From an uncultured Acidobacteriota bacterium (lineage in GTDB: Bacteria > Acidobacteriota > Thermoanaerobaculia > Multivoradales > UBA5704), in NCBI GenBank assembly GCA_963700145.1, contig OY969474.1, positions 1,568,001 to 1,632,000 on the forward strand: a stretch of DNA of 64,000 nt, given 5' to 3'. The notes beneath the pieces were generated by a model that worked only from the letters and a program-made list of their open reading frames with translations, was not told the origin of the DNA and did not search any database. Of this stretch, positions 9,281-21,818 are shown in pieces; positions within the stretch are counted from its first letter, which is position 1, and each line of letters opens with the position of its first letter. The translations under genes were made by a program, and so were the position numbers.

Positions 9281-11203
<1,923 letters not shown>

Positions 11204-11227
11204 CGTGCGGCGGGAGACTGTAGCACG

Positions 11228-11477
11228 CGGTACGAGACGCTGGTCCCGCGGTACGAGACGCTGGTCCCGCGGTACGAGCTGGTCCCGCGGTACCGGGCGC
11301 TTGGTACCGCGGTACGAGGCGCTCGTACCGTGGTACCAGGCGCTCGTACTGCGGTACCTGACGCTCGTACTGCGGTACCGGCCGCTCGTACCGCGGTACC
11401 AGGCGCTCGTACCGCGGTACCGGCCACTCGCACCACGGTACGCGGCGCTGGTACTGCGGTACGAGGCGCCGGTCCTG
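11228..11477. repeat. 21-bp-period palindromic tandem array A (12 units, CGGTAC-N9-GTACCG)
   Basis: Units read directly, e.g. CGGTACgagacgctgGTCCCG, CGGTACcaggcgctcGTACCG; one 18-nt and one 22-nt unit. Confidence 0.95.
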
Positions 11478-11512
11478 TGGTTCGGGATAGCCTTTCCCGT
11501 CCCGGAGAGCCT

Positions 11513-13834
11513 ATGAAGCCCGACCCCGCCCCTACGCCGAGCGCCGCCGCGCGCGACGACTTCATCCGCGAGATCGCGCGCGCCGACCTCGCCGCCGGCA
11601 AGCACGGCGGCCGCGTCGCGACGCGCTTCCCGCCGGAGCCGAACGGCTACCTCCACATCGGCCACGCCAAGTCGATCTGCCTCAACTTCGGCGTCGCCCG
11701 CGAGCTCGGCGGGACGTGCAACCTGCGGATGGACGACACCAACCCGGAGACCGAGGACCTCGAGTACGTCGAGGCGATCCAGGACGACGTCCGCTGGCTG
11801 GGGTTCGAGTGGGACGGAATGTTCTACGCCTCCGACTATTTCGAGCCTCTCTACGACGTCGCCGTGCAGCTCGTGCGCGACAGCAGGGCCTACGTCGACG
11901 AGCTGTCGGAAGACGAGATCCGCGCCTACCGCGGCACCGTCACCGAGCCGGGGCGGGAGAGCCCGTGGCGCGACCGGCCGGCGGCGGAGAGCCTGGCGCT
12001 CCTCGAGCGCATGCGGCGCGGCGAGCTGGCCGACGGCTCGTGTGTGCTGCGCGCCAAGATCGACATGGCGGCCGAGAACATGAAGATGCGGGACCCCCTC
12101 CTCTACCGCATCCGCCGCGACACCGAGCACTACCGGCGCGGCCGCGAGTGGCCTATCTACCCGCTCTACGACTTCGCGCATGGCCTTTCCGACGCCTTCG
12201 AGGGCATCACCCACTCGCTCTGCACCCTGGAGTTCGAGAACAACCGCCAGCTCTACGACTGGCTGCTCGCCGCCGCCCGCATCCCGGACCCGCCGCAGCA
12301 GATCGAGTTCGCGCGCCTGGTCCTCAACTACACCGTGCTCTCGAAGCGCAAGCTCCTCCAGCTCGTCGAGGAGGGGCTCGTCGCCGGCTGGGACGACCCG
12401 CGGATGCCGACGCTGCGCGGCCTGCGCCGCCGCGGCTACACGCCGGAGGCGATCCGCGCCTTCTGCGACGCGATCGGCGTCACCAAGGCGCAGACGGTGG
12501 TGGACGTCGCCCACCTCGAGCACGCGGTGCGCGACGACCTCAACGCCAAGGCGCCGCGCGTCCTCGCCGTGCTGCGGCCGCTGCGCGTCGTCGTCGAGAG
12601 CTGGCCGGAGGGGCAGGTCGAGACACTCGACGCGCCGTCCTTCCCGCGCGAGATCCCGCGCGACGAGTCGCGCCCGCTGCCCTTCGAGCGCGAGCTCTAC
12701 ATCGAGCGCGACGACTTCGCGGAAGCGCCGCCCAAGGGGTACAAGCGCCTCGCCCCGGGCCGGCGCGTGCGGCTCCGCCACGCTTACGTCGTCGAGTGCC
12801 GCGAGGTCGTCAAGGACGCGGCGGGCGAGGTCGTCGCGCTGCGCTGCGTCCACGACCCGGCCTCGCTCGATCCCGGCGCCGACGCCGGCAAGGTCGCGGG
12901 GACGATCCACTGGGTGCCGGCCTCGCGCGCGCTGCCGGCCGAGGTGCGGCTCTACGACCGCCTCTTCTCCGACCCCGAGCCCGACGGCGGCAAGAGCGGG
13001 CCGGACTTCCGCGCCTTCCTGAACCCGGACTCGCTGCGCGTGGTCGAGGGGGCCCTGGTCGAGCCGAGCCTCGCCGGCGCGCGGCCCGGCGACCGCTTCC
13101 AGTTCGAGCGCCACGGCTACTTCGCCGTCGATCCCGACGCGACGGCGGAGCGGCTGGTCTTCAACCGGATCGTGCCGCTGCGGGACACCTGGACGAAGCG
13201 GGCGGCGGAGGGGGAGGCGCCCGCGGCCGCCAAGGCGCCGGCCGCCTCAACGGGCGCCGACAGAGTCGAGAAGGAGATCGCCGTCGAGGATGTCGCGCCC
13301 GCGGCCCGCGACCGCTTCCTCCGCTTCCGCGACGAGCTCGGCCTCCTCCCCCACGAGGCGCGGACCGTGGCCGAGGACGAGTCGCACAGCCGCCTCTTCG
13401 AGGAGGCCGCCGCCGCCGGCGCCGCACCGCGCGCCGCCGCCGCGTGGATCGCCAACGACCTCGTCCGCGAGCTGCGCGCCCGCGACCTCACGGCGCCCCC
13501 CTTCGCCGGCGCCGCGCTGGCCGAGCTGGTTGCCCTCGTCGAGGCCGGCGAGGTGACCACCACCGCAGCCCGCGAGGTCTTCGCCGCGATGGTCGCCGGG
13601 GAGGCCGGCCCGCGGGCGATCGTCGCCGCCCGCGGCTTGGGAGCCCTCGCCGGCGAGGCAGCCCTCGCCCCCCACGTCGAGTCCGTCCTCACCGCCCACC
13701 CGGCCCAGGTCGAAGCCTACCGAGCCGGCAAGACCGCCCTCCTGAGCTTCTTCGTCGGCCAAGTCATGAAGGCGACCGGCGGCCGCGCCGACGCTGTGGA
13801 AGTGCGTGAGCTCGTTGCAAAGCGGATGGAGTGA
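11513..13834 (+). CDS. glnS: Glutamine--tRNA ligase with C-terminal YqeY/GatB-like domain
   Basis: TRFPPEPNGYLHIGHAKS, THSLCTLEF, VLSKRKL, GWDDPRMPT, FQFERHGYF; C-terminal FFVGQVMKATGGRAD YqeY motif. Confidence 0.97.
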   Translation: MKPDPAPTPSAAARDDFIREIARADLAAGKHGGRVATRFPPEPNGYLHIGHAKSICLNFGVARELGGTCNLRMDDTNPETEDLEYVEAIQDDVRWLGFEWDGMFYASDYFEPLYDVAVQLVRDSRAYVDELSEDEIRAYRGTVTEPGRESPWRDRPAAESLALLERMRRGELADGSCVLRAKIDMAAENMKMRDPLLYRIRRDTEHYRRGREWPIYPLYDFAHGLSDAFEGITHSLCTLEFENNRQLYDWLLAAARIPDPPQQIEFARLVLNYTVLSKRKLLQLVEEGLVAGWDDPRMPTLRGLRRRGYTPEAIRAFCDAIGVTKAQTVVDVAHLEHAVRDDLNAKAPRVLAVLRPLRVVVESWPEGQVETLDAPSFPREIPRDESRPLPFERELYIERDDFAEAPPKGYKRLAPGRRVRLRHAYVVECREVVKDAAGEVVALRCVHDPASLDPGADAGKVAGTIHWVPASRALPAEVRLYDRLFSDPEPDGGKSGPDFRAFLNPDSLRVVEGALVEPSLAGARPGDRFQFERHGYFAVDPDATAERLVFNRIVPLRDTWTKRAAEGEAPAAAKAPAASTGADRVEKEIAVEDVAPAARDRFLRFRDELGLLPHEARTVAEDESHSRLFEEAAAAGAAPRAAAAWIANDLVRELRARDLTAPPFAGAALAELVALVEAGEVTTTAAREVFAAMVAGEAGPRAIVAARGLGALAGEAALAPHVESVLTAHPAQVEAYRAGKTALLSFFVGQVMKATGGRADAVEVRELVAKRME

Positions 13835-14376
13835 GGCCTCGGGAAGCTTCCCGTCCTCCTCCGGAAGCTTCCCGCCCGCATCCGGAAGCTTCCCGACCGC
13901 CTCCGGAGGCTTCCCTGCCGCCTCCGGAGGCTTCCCGGCCGCCTCCGGAAGCTTCCCGGCCACCTCCGGAAGCTTCCCGGCCGCCTCCGGAAGCTTCCCG
14001 GCCACCTCCGGAAGCTTCCCGACCGCCTCCGGAAGCTTCCCGCCCGCCTCCGGAAGCTTCCCGCCCGCCTCCGGAAGCTTCCCGTCCGCCTCCGGAAGCT
14101 TCCCGGCCGCCTCCGGAAGCTTCCCGTCCGCCTCCGGAAGCTTCCCGGCCGCCTCCGGAAGCTTCCCGGCCGCCCCCGCAAGCTTCCCGACCGCCCCCGG
14201 AGGCTTCCCGGCCACCTCCGGAGGCTTCCCGGTCACCTCCGGAAGCCTCCCGGCCGCCTCCGGAAGCCTCCCGGCCGCCTCCGGAAGCTTCCCGGCCGCT
14301 TCCGGAAGCTTCCCGTCCACGTCCGGAGCTTCCCCGCCGCCTCCGGAAGCTTCCCTTTCGCCTCGGGAAGCTTCCT
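13835..14376. repeat. 21-bp-period palindromic tandem array B (26 units, CTCCGGAAGCTTCCCGGCCGC consensus)
   Basis: GGAAGCTTCC-type core recurs every 21 bp from 13842 to 14366 (one 20-nt unit at 14325); starts immediately after the glnS stop. Confidence 0.97.
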
Positions 14377-14492
14377 CCGGACCTGCGGTCGTCTCTTCAG
14401 GGCTCGGGAGCGCAACGCAGCCGCACGCGAAGGTTAACGAGGAAGGGGCCGAGATAAACACACATCAAGCCGTGCGACAATGCCGGTGCGCT

Positions 14493-14831
14493 ATGAGGAA
14501 AAAGGCTGATCACAAGAGGGTCGACAGCGATCGGGACACGATGCGTCCGGAGTACGACTTCTCTGGTGCTGCCCGCGGAGCAACGTCAGCTAGGTACGCC
14601 GAAGGCACGACTGTGGCGGTGGTCGCATCAGAGGTTCTCGACGCCTTCCCCGCCGAAGAACAGAAGAAGGACGACCTCCGCCCGGAGTACCACCTCGACT
14701 ACGCCCAGGCGAAACCGAACCGGTTTGCGAGTGAGTTGAGCCGGGATTCCGCTACCGTCGTTCTGCAGCCCGGTGCGGCTGCCACTACCCGGCGAAGGTC
14801 TAGACGCCCGCGCCCGCCCGAGAATGGCTAG
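14493..14831 (+). CDS. Small antitoxin-like protein with two DxxRPEY motifs
   Basis: DTMRPEYDFS and DDLRPEYHLDY...KPNRFA resemble N-termini of small BrnA/CopG-type antitoxins; no toxin partner recognised. Confidence 0.5.
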   Translation: MRKKADHKRVDSDRDTMRPEYDFSGAARGATSARYAEGTTVAVVASEVLDAFPAEEQKKDDLRPEYHLDYAQAKPNRFASELSRDSATVVLQPGAAATTRRRSRRPRPPENG

Positions 14832-14875
14832 GAGGTCGGTTCACCGTCGTGCACCGGTTCGTCCCGCCGCTCGCA

Positions 14876-17800
14876 CTAACTCGCCTCTGGCAGCCCAAGC
14901 TCGGGCAGGGACTCGACGATCCGGACTGTTTCAAGACTCACAGTGACGACCTGTCCGATCAGGCGGAGGATGTACTTCGGGTCGTCCTCTCGATTCGGAT
15001 CGTTCACGATGCCACTGCGTTTGTCAGTCGTGACACGGTATTGATCTACGATCCACCCCAACGCGCTCCTATGTCCCAAGCGATAGCGCTCGACATCGCG
15101 CGGGATGCCCTGCAGCGTCAGTGCCTGGTTGTAGATGAGCTCCCCAGCCTCCCGGTCGTATTTCATCCGCTCCACCCTGAAGTCGAGTTTCGCCTCCGTT
15201 TTCCAATGCTCGACGAGCGGAAACTCCGGCTGCCGCTCGTAGTCAACATGCAGTTCCGCAAGGTGGCTACCTGCCTCCGCAAATGGCCGGAACTCTGAAG
15301 CAAGTGGGATGCGCGGCAGTTCACGCCGCAGATTTGCGATAAAGCGCTCCCGGTACATCGGTTGGTGAAGAACGGCGTAGACATAGTGAAAGATGTCCCA
15401 CTTCGTTATAGCTGGGTCGTCATAGCGCTCTCGGAACACTGACAGCGACCAACTAGTCAAGTTCTCACGGCGTTTATTAGAGCCATCGAGGTCATAGACG
15501 TAGAAGGGGAAAACTTGGGAACCTCCTTGCGGCATGATATCCACGATCTGCCTAACGGCGAGGGCGAAGAACGGCCAGTCCTGTCCCACCTTGACCCAGA
15601 TGGCACGGTTCTCCTGCTCGGATGCTTCATTCGGAAAGATCTTGTTGAATAGGCGCGGCTCCTCGTTTAGAAGCGGGTCATGGTAGAGACACTTCGTCGT
15701 AAACGGTCTGTACTTCGCCCATCGAAGTGCTGCCGGACGGAAAGAGGTGGAACGGCCTCTCTGTAAGTCTAGCTTAAGGTCACGACTCCACGCGATCCTG
15801 CGCCCGTCATCGTCCACCCAGTCGTCGACCTCCTTCTTCTGTCGCTCAGCGATCGGCCACCGCGCCACGTGATCATTGTAAGTGTCGATCATTCGCTGGA
15901 TGTTTTCGCTCAGAGTTGCCCAATCAAAATTGTACGCCCAGGAGTCTCTATTTGTAGTCACTCCGAGACTGTAGAGGCGGAAGAGAACTTTGCCTGGAAC
16001 TCGGTTCGCGTCCACCTCCTTACTCCCCAATGGAAGGAACGACACGAACTCGGACCGAAGGTCACGTGTAAGCCAATTATGCCGCGAATCTGGTTCAAGG
16101 CGCTGCCACTCAATCGCAGAAACACGGCCCTTCTCCTCGAGGAATCGGCCCTTTTCTTCCCTGCGCCAGTCCTCTCCTGTTCGCGAATAGAAGATTTCAG
16201 CCCGTCCGCCGCGTTTGCTTCGCCTGACAAAAAGGTTGACGCTCACTCCGACCCTAATGCCGAACACATTGTGCGTCGTGCCCGAGAGCTTCGGGTTCTT
16301 GCGCACATTGCCACCGAGGTCAAGCACGTAGATGCGGTCAAATTCCTCTTCGAGGTAGCTGCGCATTCCGTCAGAGGCAATACCGTCAAGGAAGCCACTA
16401 TTGCAAACAAGCGCCACGATCCCCTTCTCGCCGATGCGGTCGGTGGCCCATCGGATTGCTCTTATGTAGGGATCGCGAAGCTTGGAAGTAGATGAGGCCT
16501 TCGAGGCTCTCGCGTAGGTCTCCCTTACCCGCTTGTCCATCTTCTTGTACTTACGGTTCTTGTTGTTGTCATTCTCGTTAACCTGCCCGACGTTGTACGG
16601 CGGGTTGCCGATCACTACCCTGATTGGAGCGCGCCTTTGACGCTCCACGCGCGCAGTGTTAGCCTCCGAGAACATCTGGTGCTGCTGGCTATCCTCCGCC
16701 AGCTCAAAAGTATCAACGAGGCAAATCCCCTCGAACGGCTCATAGTCGTCGGTGAGCTCATAGTAGGTGTGCTCGATGTTCATGCTCGCGATGTAGTACG
16801 GCAAGAGCATGACCTCGTTTGCGTGCAGCTCACGAGCGTACTTCTCAGGCAGAGAGCTCTTCTTGGTCTCCGCGATCTGCCGCAGCACCCGGACGATGAA
16901 GTTCCCGGTGCCAACAAATGGGTCGAGGACTTGGACATTCTCGGCCGCGAGGCTCGTGTCGAATTCGCTTGTCAGTAGCTCGTCTACGCTCCGCACCATG
17001 AAGTCGACGATGGGCTGTGGCGTATAGACGATGCCGTGCGTGTCGGCGACCTTCACCGAGAAGCCTTGGAAGAACTGTTCGTAGACAGTGTTGAGGAACG
17101 CCTGTTTCTGCGAGAAGTCGTCGATACCGGCGGCAGTCGCTTCAATGGCAGTGTAGAAGGGATCGAGACTCTTCAGGAACTCGTGGCGCGAGAAGCTCTG
17201 AGAGGTAAGTGCGTCGATCACCGTCTCGATCTCGGCCGCTATTGCATTGCGGCGCGTGAAGTCCGGGACTTGAAACACGTGACGGAAGATGCGCTCGGTA
17301 AGTAGGTGCTGGATCAGCATCTCCTCGACGGCGGCCTTCGAGATGTTCGGATTGAGGGAGGCCCGGCTCAGCTCCATGAAGGCATCGAACGCGGCGCGGA
17401 AGCGCCGGTTGCGCTGTTCTTCTCGGCGGATCAAGCTGAGCACGCTCTGAGCCAGCTCGGGGACACGGTCCTTGAACTCGCTTACCGCTTCTTCCCAGCG
17501 CTCGAGCTGCGGCTCCTCGTGCTCGAAGAAAAGACGGAGCGCGTCGACGAGGCGCGTGGGTTCGGCGACGGAGAAGTCGAGGGCTTCCGACCCCTGGTAA
17601 AGGAGGATGCGTCCGGGCTGCCAGAAGAGAGTGTTGTTGCGAGGATAGCCCTGACCGAACTTTTCTCGCGCCTGTTTCGCGAGATCAGCGGCCGCCCCCT
17701 TTGCCTCGTACCAACCTCGCGCCAGGCGGAACTCGTCAACCACAAGACCGTCGGGGCGGAGGTTGCGAGATCCGCGGCGCACCGTCGGCTCACGAAGCAA

Positions 17801-17965
17801 CGACCAGCCGGCGTAGCGACGGGCACATCGATCGAGCAGGGTCTCGAACGCGTGCCGCACACCCAGCTCGTGGTCGATCTGAAGCTGCGCACCTTGCTCC
17901 AAGGCGGCGTAGTACTCCCGGACCGCCTTGTCGGTTGCCTTGAGCGCCAGTGATGAGCGAGGCAC
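14876..17965 (-). CDS. Single-chain restriction-modification enzyme (PD-(D/E)xK nuclease + N6-adenine MTase + type ISP-like specificity domain, no helicase)
   Basis: RPDG...WYEAK nuclease motif; GIVYTPQPIVDFMV, VLDPFVGTGNF (motif I), IGNPPY (motif IV); YRPF, DIFHYVYAVLH..YRERF..NL..ELPRIP C-terminal motifs; visibly lower GC; start uncertain. Confidence 0.88.
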   Translation of the reverse strand: MPRSSLALKATDKAVREYYAALEQGAQLQIDHELGVRHAFETLLDRCARRYAGWSLLREPTVRRGSRNLRPDGLVVDEFRLARGWYEAKGAAADLAKQAREKFGQGYPRNNTLFWQPGRILLYQGSEALDFSVAEPTRLVDALRLFFEHEEPQLERWEEAVSEFKDRVPELAQSVLSLIRREEQRNRRFRAAFDAFMELSRASLNPNISKAAVEEMLIQHLLTERIFRHVFQVPDFTRRNAIAAEIETVIDALTSQSFSRHEFLKSLDPFYTAIEATAAGIDDFSQKQAFLNTVYEQFFQGFSVKVADTHGIVYTPQPIVDFMVRSVDELLTSEFDTSLAAENVQVLDPFVGTGNFIVRVLRQIAETKKSSLPEKYARELHANEVMLLPYYIASMNIEHTYYELTDDYEPFEGICLVDTFELAEDSQQHQMFSEANTARVERQRRAPIRVVIGNPPYNVGQVNENDNNKNRKYKKMDKRVRETYARASKASSTSKLRDPYIRAIRWATDRIGEKGIVALVCNSGFLDGIASDGMRSYLEEEFDRIYVLDLGGNVRKNPKLSGTTHNVFGIRVGVSVNLFVRRSKRGGRAEIFYSRTGEDWRREEKGRFLEEKGRVSAIEWQRLEPDSRHNWLTRDLRSEFVSFLPLGSKEVDANRVPGKVLFRLYSLGVTTNRDSWAYNFDWATLSENIQRMIDTYNDHVARWPIAERQKKEVDDWVDDDGRRIAWSRDLKLDLQRGRSTSFRPAALRWAKYRPFTTKCLYHDPLLNEEPRLFNKIFPNEASEQENRAIWVKVGQDWPFFALAVRQIVDIMPQGGSQVFPFYVYDLDGSNKRRENLTSWSLSVFRERYDDPAITKWDIFHYVYAVLHQPMYRERFIANLRRELPRIPLASEFRPFAEAGSHLAELHVDYERQPEFPLVEHWKTEAKLDFRVERMKYDREAGELIYNQALTLQGIPRDVERYRLGHRSALGWIVDQYRVTTDKRSGIVNDPNREDDPKYILRLIGQVVTVSLETVRIVESLPELGLPEAS

Positions 17966-18018
17966 GAGAGAAGGGTAACGAACGCTGCTGCGGCCGACAA
18001 GCGCGGCCCGCAATCCGG

Positions 18019-18315
18019 CTAGCTTGCTCGATTAGCCCAGTAGCGCGGCCGCCGCCTCTGGTGGGCGATCGCCAGGATCATGATCCTCGCGGGGAGGACT
18101 TTGTAGACGACGTAGTAGGGGAAGCGAACGATCGCGAGCTGGCGGATCTCGCGTAGGGCTATGGCACCAAGACGCGGGTACTGCCTGATCCGCGCCACGG
18201 CCGTCTCGACGTCATCGATGAAGGCCTCGCCGAGACCCAGAACTCTTTCCTCGTAGAAATCGGCCGCCTCGAACAGCTCCCGCCGCGCCAGCGCGTGCCA
18301 GGTGGCTTGGCTCAC
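18019..18315 (-). CDS. RelE/ParE family toxin
   Basis: ARRELFEAADFYE...GLGEAF...RFPYYVVY...ILAIAHQRRRPRYW; start overlaps antitoxin stop. Confidence 0.9.
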   Translation of the reverse strand: MSQATWHALARRELFEAADFYEERVLGLGEAFIDDVETAVARIRQYPRLGAIALREIRQLAIVRFPYYVVYKVLPARIMILAIAHQRRRPRYWANRAS

Positions 18316-18542
18316 TTGAGCCTGGAGCGTGCTTCCCGGAAGACCTCTTCGGAAGGGATCGCCTCGACCTCGCCGCGCTCGAGCTGGAGCGCCCTGGCTT
18401 CGGCCTCCTCGGCCCAAACCCGCGCTACCTCCGCGTCTTCGGTCTCCTCGAGGCTGAGCAGCAACACCCGGAGCAGACGCGCACGGTCCTCGCCGGCCAG
18501 CTGGAGCACCTCGGTTTCGAGCTCTTCAACGGTCTTTGCCAT
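18312..18542 (-). CDS. Addiction module antitoxin
   Basis: L.GEDRARL...L.SL...WAEEAEAR...GEVEAIPSEEVFREARSRL; directly upstream of the ParE-like toxin. Confidence 0.9.
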   Translation of the reverse strand: MAKTVEELETEVLQLAGEDRARLLRVLLLSLEETEDAEVARVWAEEAEARALQLERGEVEAIPSEEVFREARSRLK

Positions 18543-18584
18543 CGCAGTTCCCTGCCTCACCAGCATAGCGCACCCCTACTCACC

Positions 18585-19973
<1,389 letters not shown>

Positions 19974-19985
19974 TGTTGCTGCTGC

Positions 19986-21635
19986 TCATCGACGTCCTCC
20001 GCTCGCGGCGCGCGGGAAGATCGCCGGCGCCGGTTCAACGGTCATCGCGGCCGCCGGCGGCAGCCGCACCTCGAAGAGCGCGCCGCCGCCGGGGCGGTTG
20101 GCGCCGCGGATCTCGCCGCCGTGGTCGGTCGCGATGCCGTGGCAGACGGCGAGCCCGAGACCGGTCGAGCCGCGGGTCGAGGTGAAGGGCTCGAAGAGGT
20201 GGTCCAGCACCTCGGGGGCGAGCCCCGGCCCGCGGTCGGCGACGGTGACGACGACGATGCCCTCCGCCCGCTCCGCCCGCACCTCCACCTCGCCGCCGTC
20301 GGGCTGCCCCTGGCAGGCGTTGAGGATCAGGTTCAGGAAGAGCTGCCCGAGGGTGATCCGGTTGCCGCGCACCGGCAGCTCGCCGGCGTCGCCGTCGAGC
20401 CGCACCGCGAGGCCGCGGAAGGCCGGGTTGCCGCGCACGAACTCCACCGTCTCGGCGAGGACGCCGCGCAGGTCGAGCGGCGCCTTGGGCGCGCGGCCGG
20501 GGTCGGAGAAGGCGAGCACCTGGCGGACGATGGCCGCCGCCCGCGCCAGCCCCTCGCGCACCCGCGCCACCAGCGCCGGCGCCTCCGCCGTGCGCCCGTC
20601 GCGCAGGTCCTCCTCGAGCAGCGACAGGTAGTTGGACATCCCGGCCAGCGGGTTGTTGATCTCGTGCGCCATGCCGGCGGCGAGGCGCCCGACGCTCGCC
20701 AGCCGCTCGCTGTGCATGAGCCGGCGCTCGAGCTCGCGCACCCGCGCCTGCTGCTCGTTCTCGACTTCCAGCCGCGCCGCCCGCCGCACCTGGCGGAAGG
20801 CGAGGAGGCCGAGGGCGAGGGTGAGGGTCATGACCGCGAGGTTGAGCAGCACCGTCGTGCGGTAGCGCCCGGCGAGCGTCTCGACCGACTGCACCAGCTC
20901 GCTCCCCGGCTCGCTGCGCACCAGCGTCCAGGCGAGCGGCGGCGTCCAGCGCGGGTCGCGCACCGCGACGCGCGCCTCCAGCGCTCCGCCGCCGCCGCGC
21001 CCCGCCGCCGGCGTGCGGCCGGTCTCCAGGCGCAGCCGCTCCCCGAAGCCCGGCGCGGCGATGGCGAGGAGGGCGTCGGGGGAGATCCAGGCCTCCAGCG
21101 TCCCGGGCGCCGCGGTCACCGGCGTCGGCGCCCCGAGCGGCCAGCGGCCGGCGAGGAGCCGTCGGCCGGCGCCGGTGGCGCGCTCGGCGAAGCTCGCCGG
21201 CGGCAGCAGGACGGGGACGCCGCCGCGGCGGCCGACCACCGCCAGCGCCTCGCCGAGCTCGCCGCGCACGACGACGCGCTCGACCTGCGGGTGCGCCTCG
21301 ACGAAGAGGAGGAGCGTGCTGTCCACGTCCAGCCGCGCCCAGCGGCGCTGCATCTCGTCCTCCCCCTGGAGCGCCGCCAGGTACTTGAGCAGCGGCGGCG
21401 ACTGGGAGAGGAAGATGAAGTCGCCGCGCAGGGTGGCGAGGACCGCCTCCAGCGAGCGCGCGTGCGCCGTGGTCTGGAGCGCCAGCTCGTCGCGCGCCGC
21501 GCGCCGGGCGCCGGCGCGGGCCGAGAGGATCCCCCACACCGCCACCGCGTTGACCGTCAGGAGCACGGCCAGGAGCAGGACGGTGATGCGCAGGCCGGGG
21601 AATCCCGCGGCGCGGCCGCGACGCATGCCACTCAT
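19986..21635 (-). CDS. Membrane sensor histidine kinase
   Basis: Two TM segments; ERLASVGRLAAGMAHEINNPL H-box; NLILNA, DRGPG, FEPF, GLGL; start uncertain. Confidence 0.93.
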   Translation of the reverse strand: MSGMRRGRAAGFPGLRITVLLLAVLLTVNAVAVWGILSARAGARRAARDELALQTTAHARSLEAVLATLRGDFIFLSQSPPLLKYLAALQGEDEMQRRWARLDVDSTLLLFVEAHPQVERVVVRGELGEALAVVGRRGGVPVLLPPASFAERATGAGRRLLAGRWPLGAPTPVTAAPGTLEAWISPDALLAIAAPGFGERLRLETGRTPAAGRGGGGALEARVAVRDPRWTPPLAWTLVRSEPGSELVQSVETLAGRYRTTVLLNLAVMTLTLALGLLAFRQVRRAARLEVENEQQARVRELERRLMHSERLASVGRLAAGMAHEINNPLAGMSNYLSLLEEDLRDGRTAEAPALVARVREGLARAAAIVRQVLAFSDPGRAPKAPLDLRGVLAETVEFVRGNPAFRGLAVRLDGDAGELPVRGNRITLGQLFLNLILNACQGQPDGGEVEVRAERAEGIVVVTVADRGPGLAPEVLDHLFEPFTSTRGSTGLGLAVCHGIATDHGGEIRGANRPGGGALFEVRLPPAAAMTVEPAPAIFPRAASGGRR

Positions 21636-21758
21636 ACTTTCTATGTTGTCACAGATCGCCATCCGGGCAACGCCGGGCAAGGCGGGATCGCCGCGCGTGG
21701 TCCGAAAGTCAACGATCACCTAGACTTGCGCCAACGAAATAGGTCCGGCTCGCAGGCG

Positions 21759-21773
21759 CGGCACGCCGCTTGC
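21759..21773 (+). promoter_or_regulatory. Sigma-54 (-24/-12) promoter
   Basis: CGGCACGCCGCTTGC, GG-N10-GC, 46 bp before ATG 21819 and divergent from a sigma-54 activator pair. Confidence 0.75.
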
Positions 21774-21818
21774 GACGTTCGCGCGCAGGCCTGTCTTACC
21801 GACAAGGAGGAGACTTCG

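Noticed and set aside
11228-14376. Arrays A and B as CRISPR arrays
   Set aside because: Period is 21 bp with variable parts of 9 nt or less that resemble each other; no unique 25-45 nt spacers, leader or cas genes
13247-14461. Long ORFs across array B (GKLPEAA, PEASRPP, SGSFPAA repeats) and similar ORFs over arrays A, C, D as genes
   Set aside because: Open in several frames on both strands simply because a stop-free 21-bp unit is repeated; no convincing RBS/start; overlap glnS. Not excluded, but unsupported
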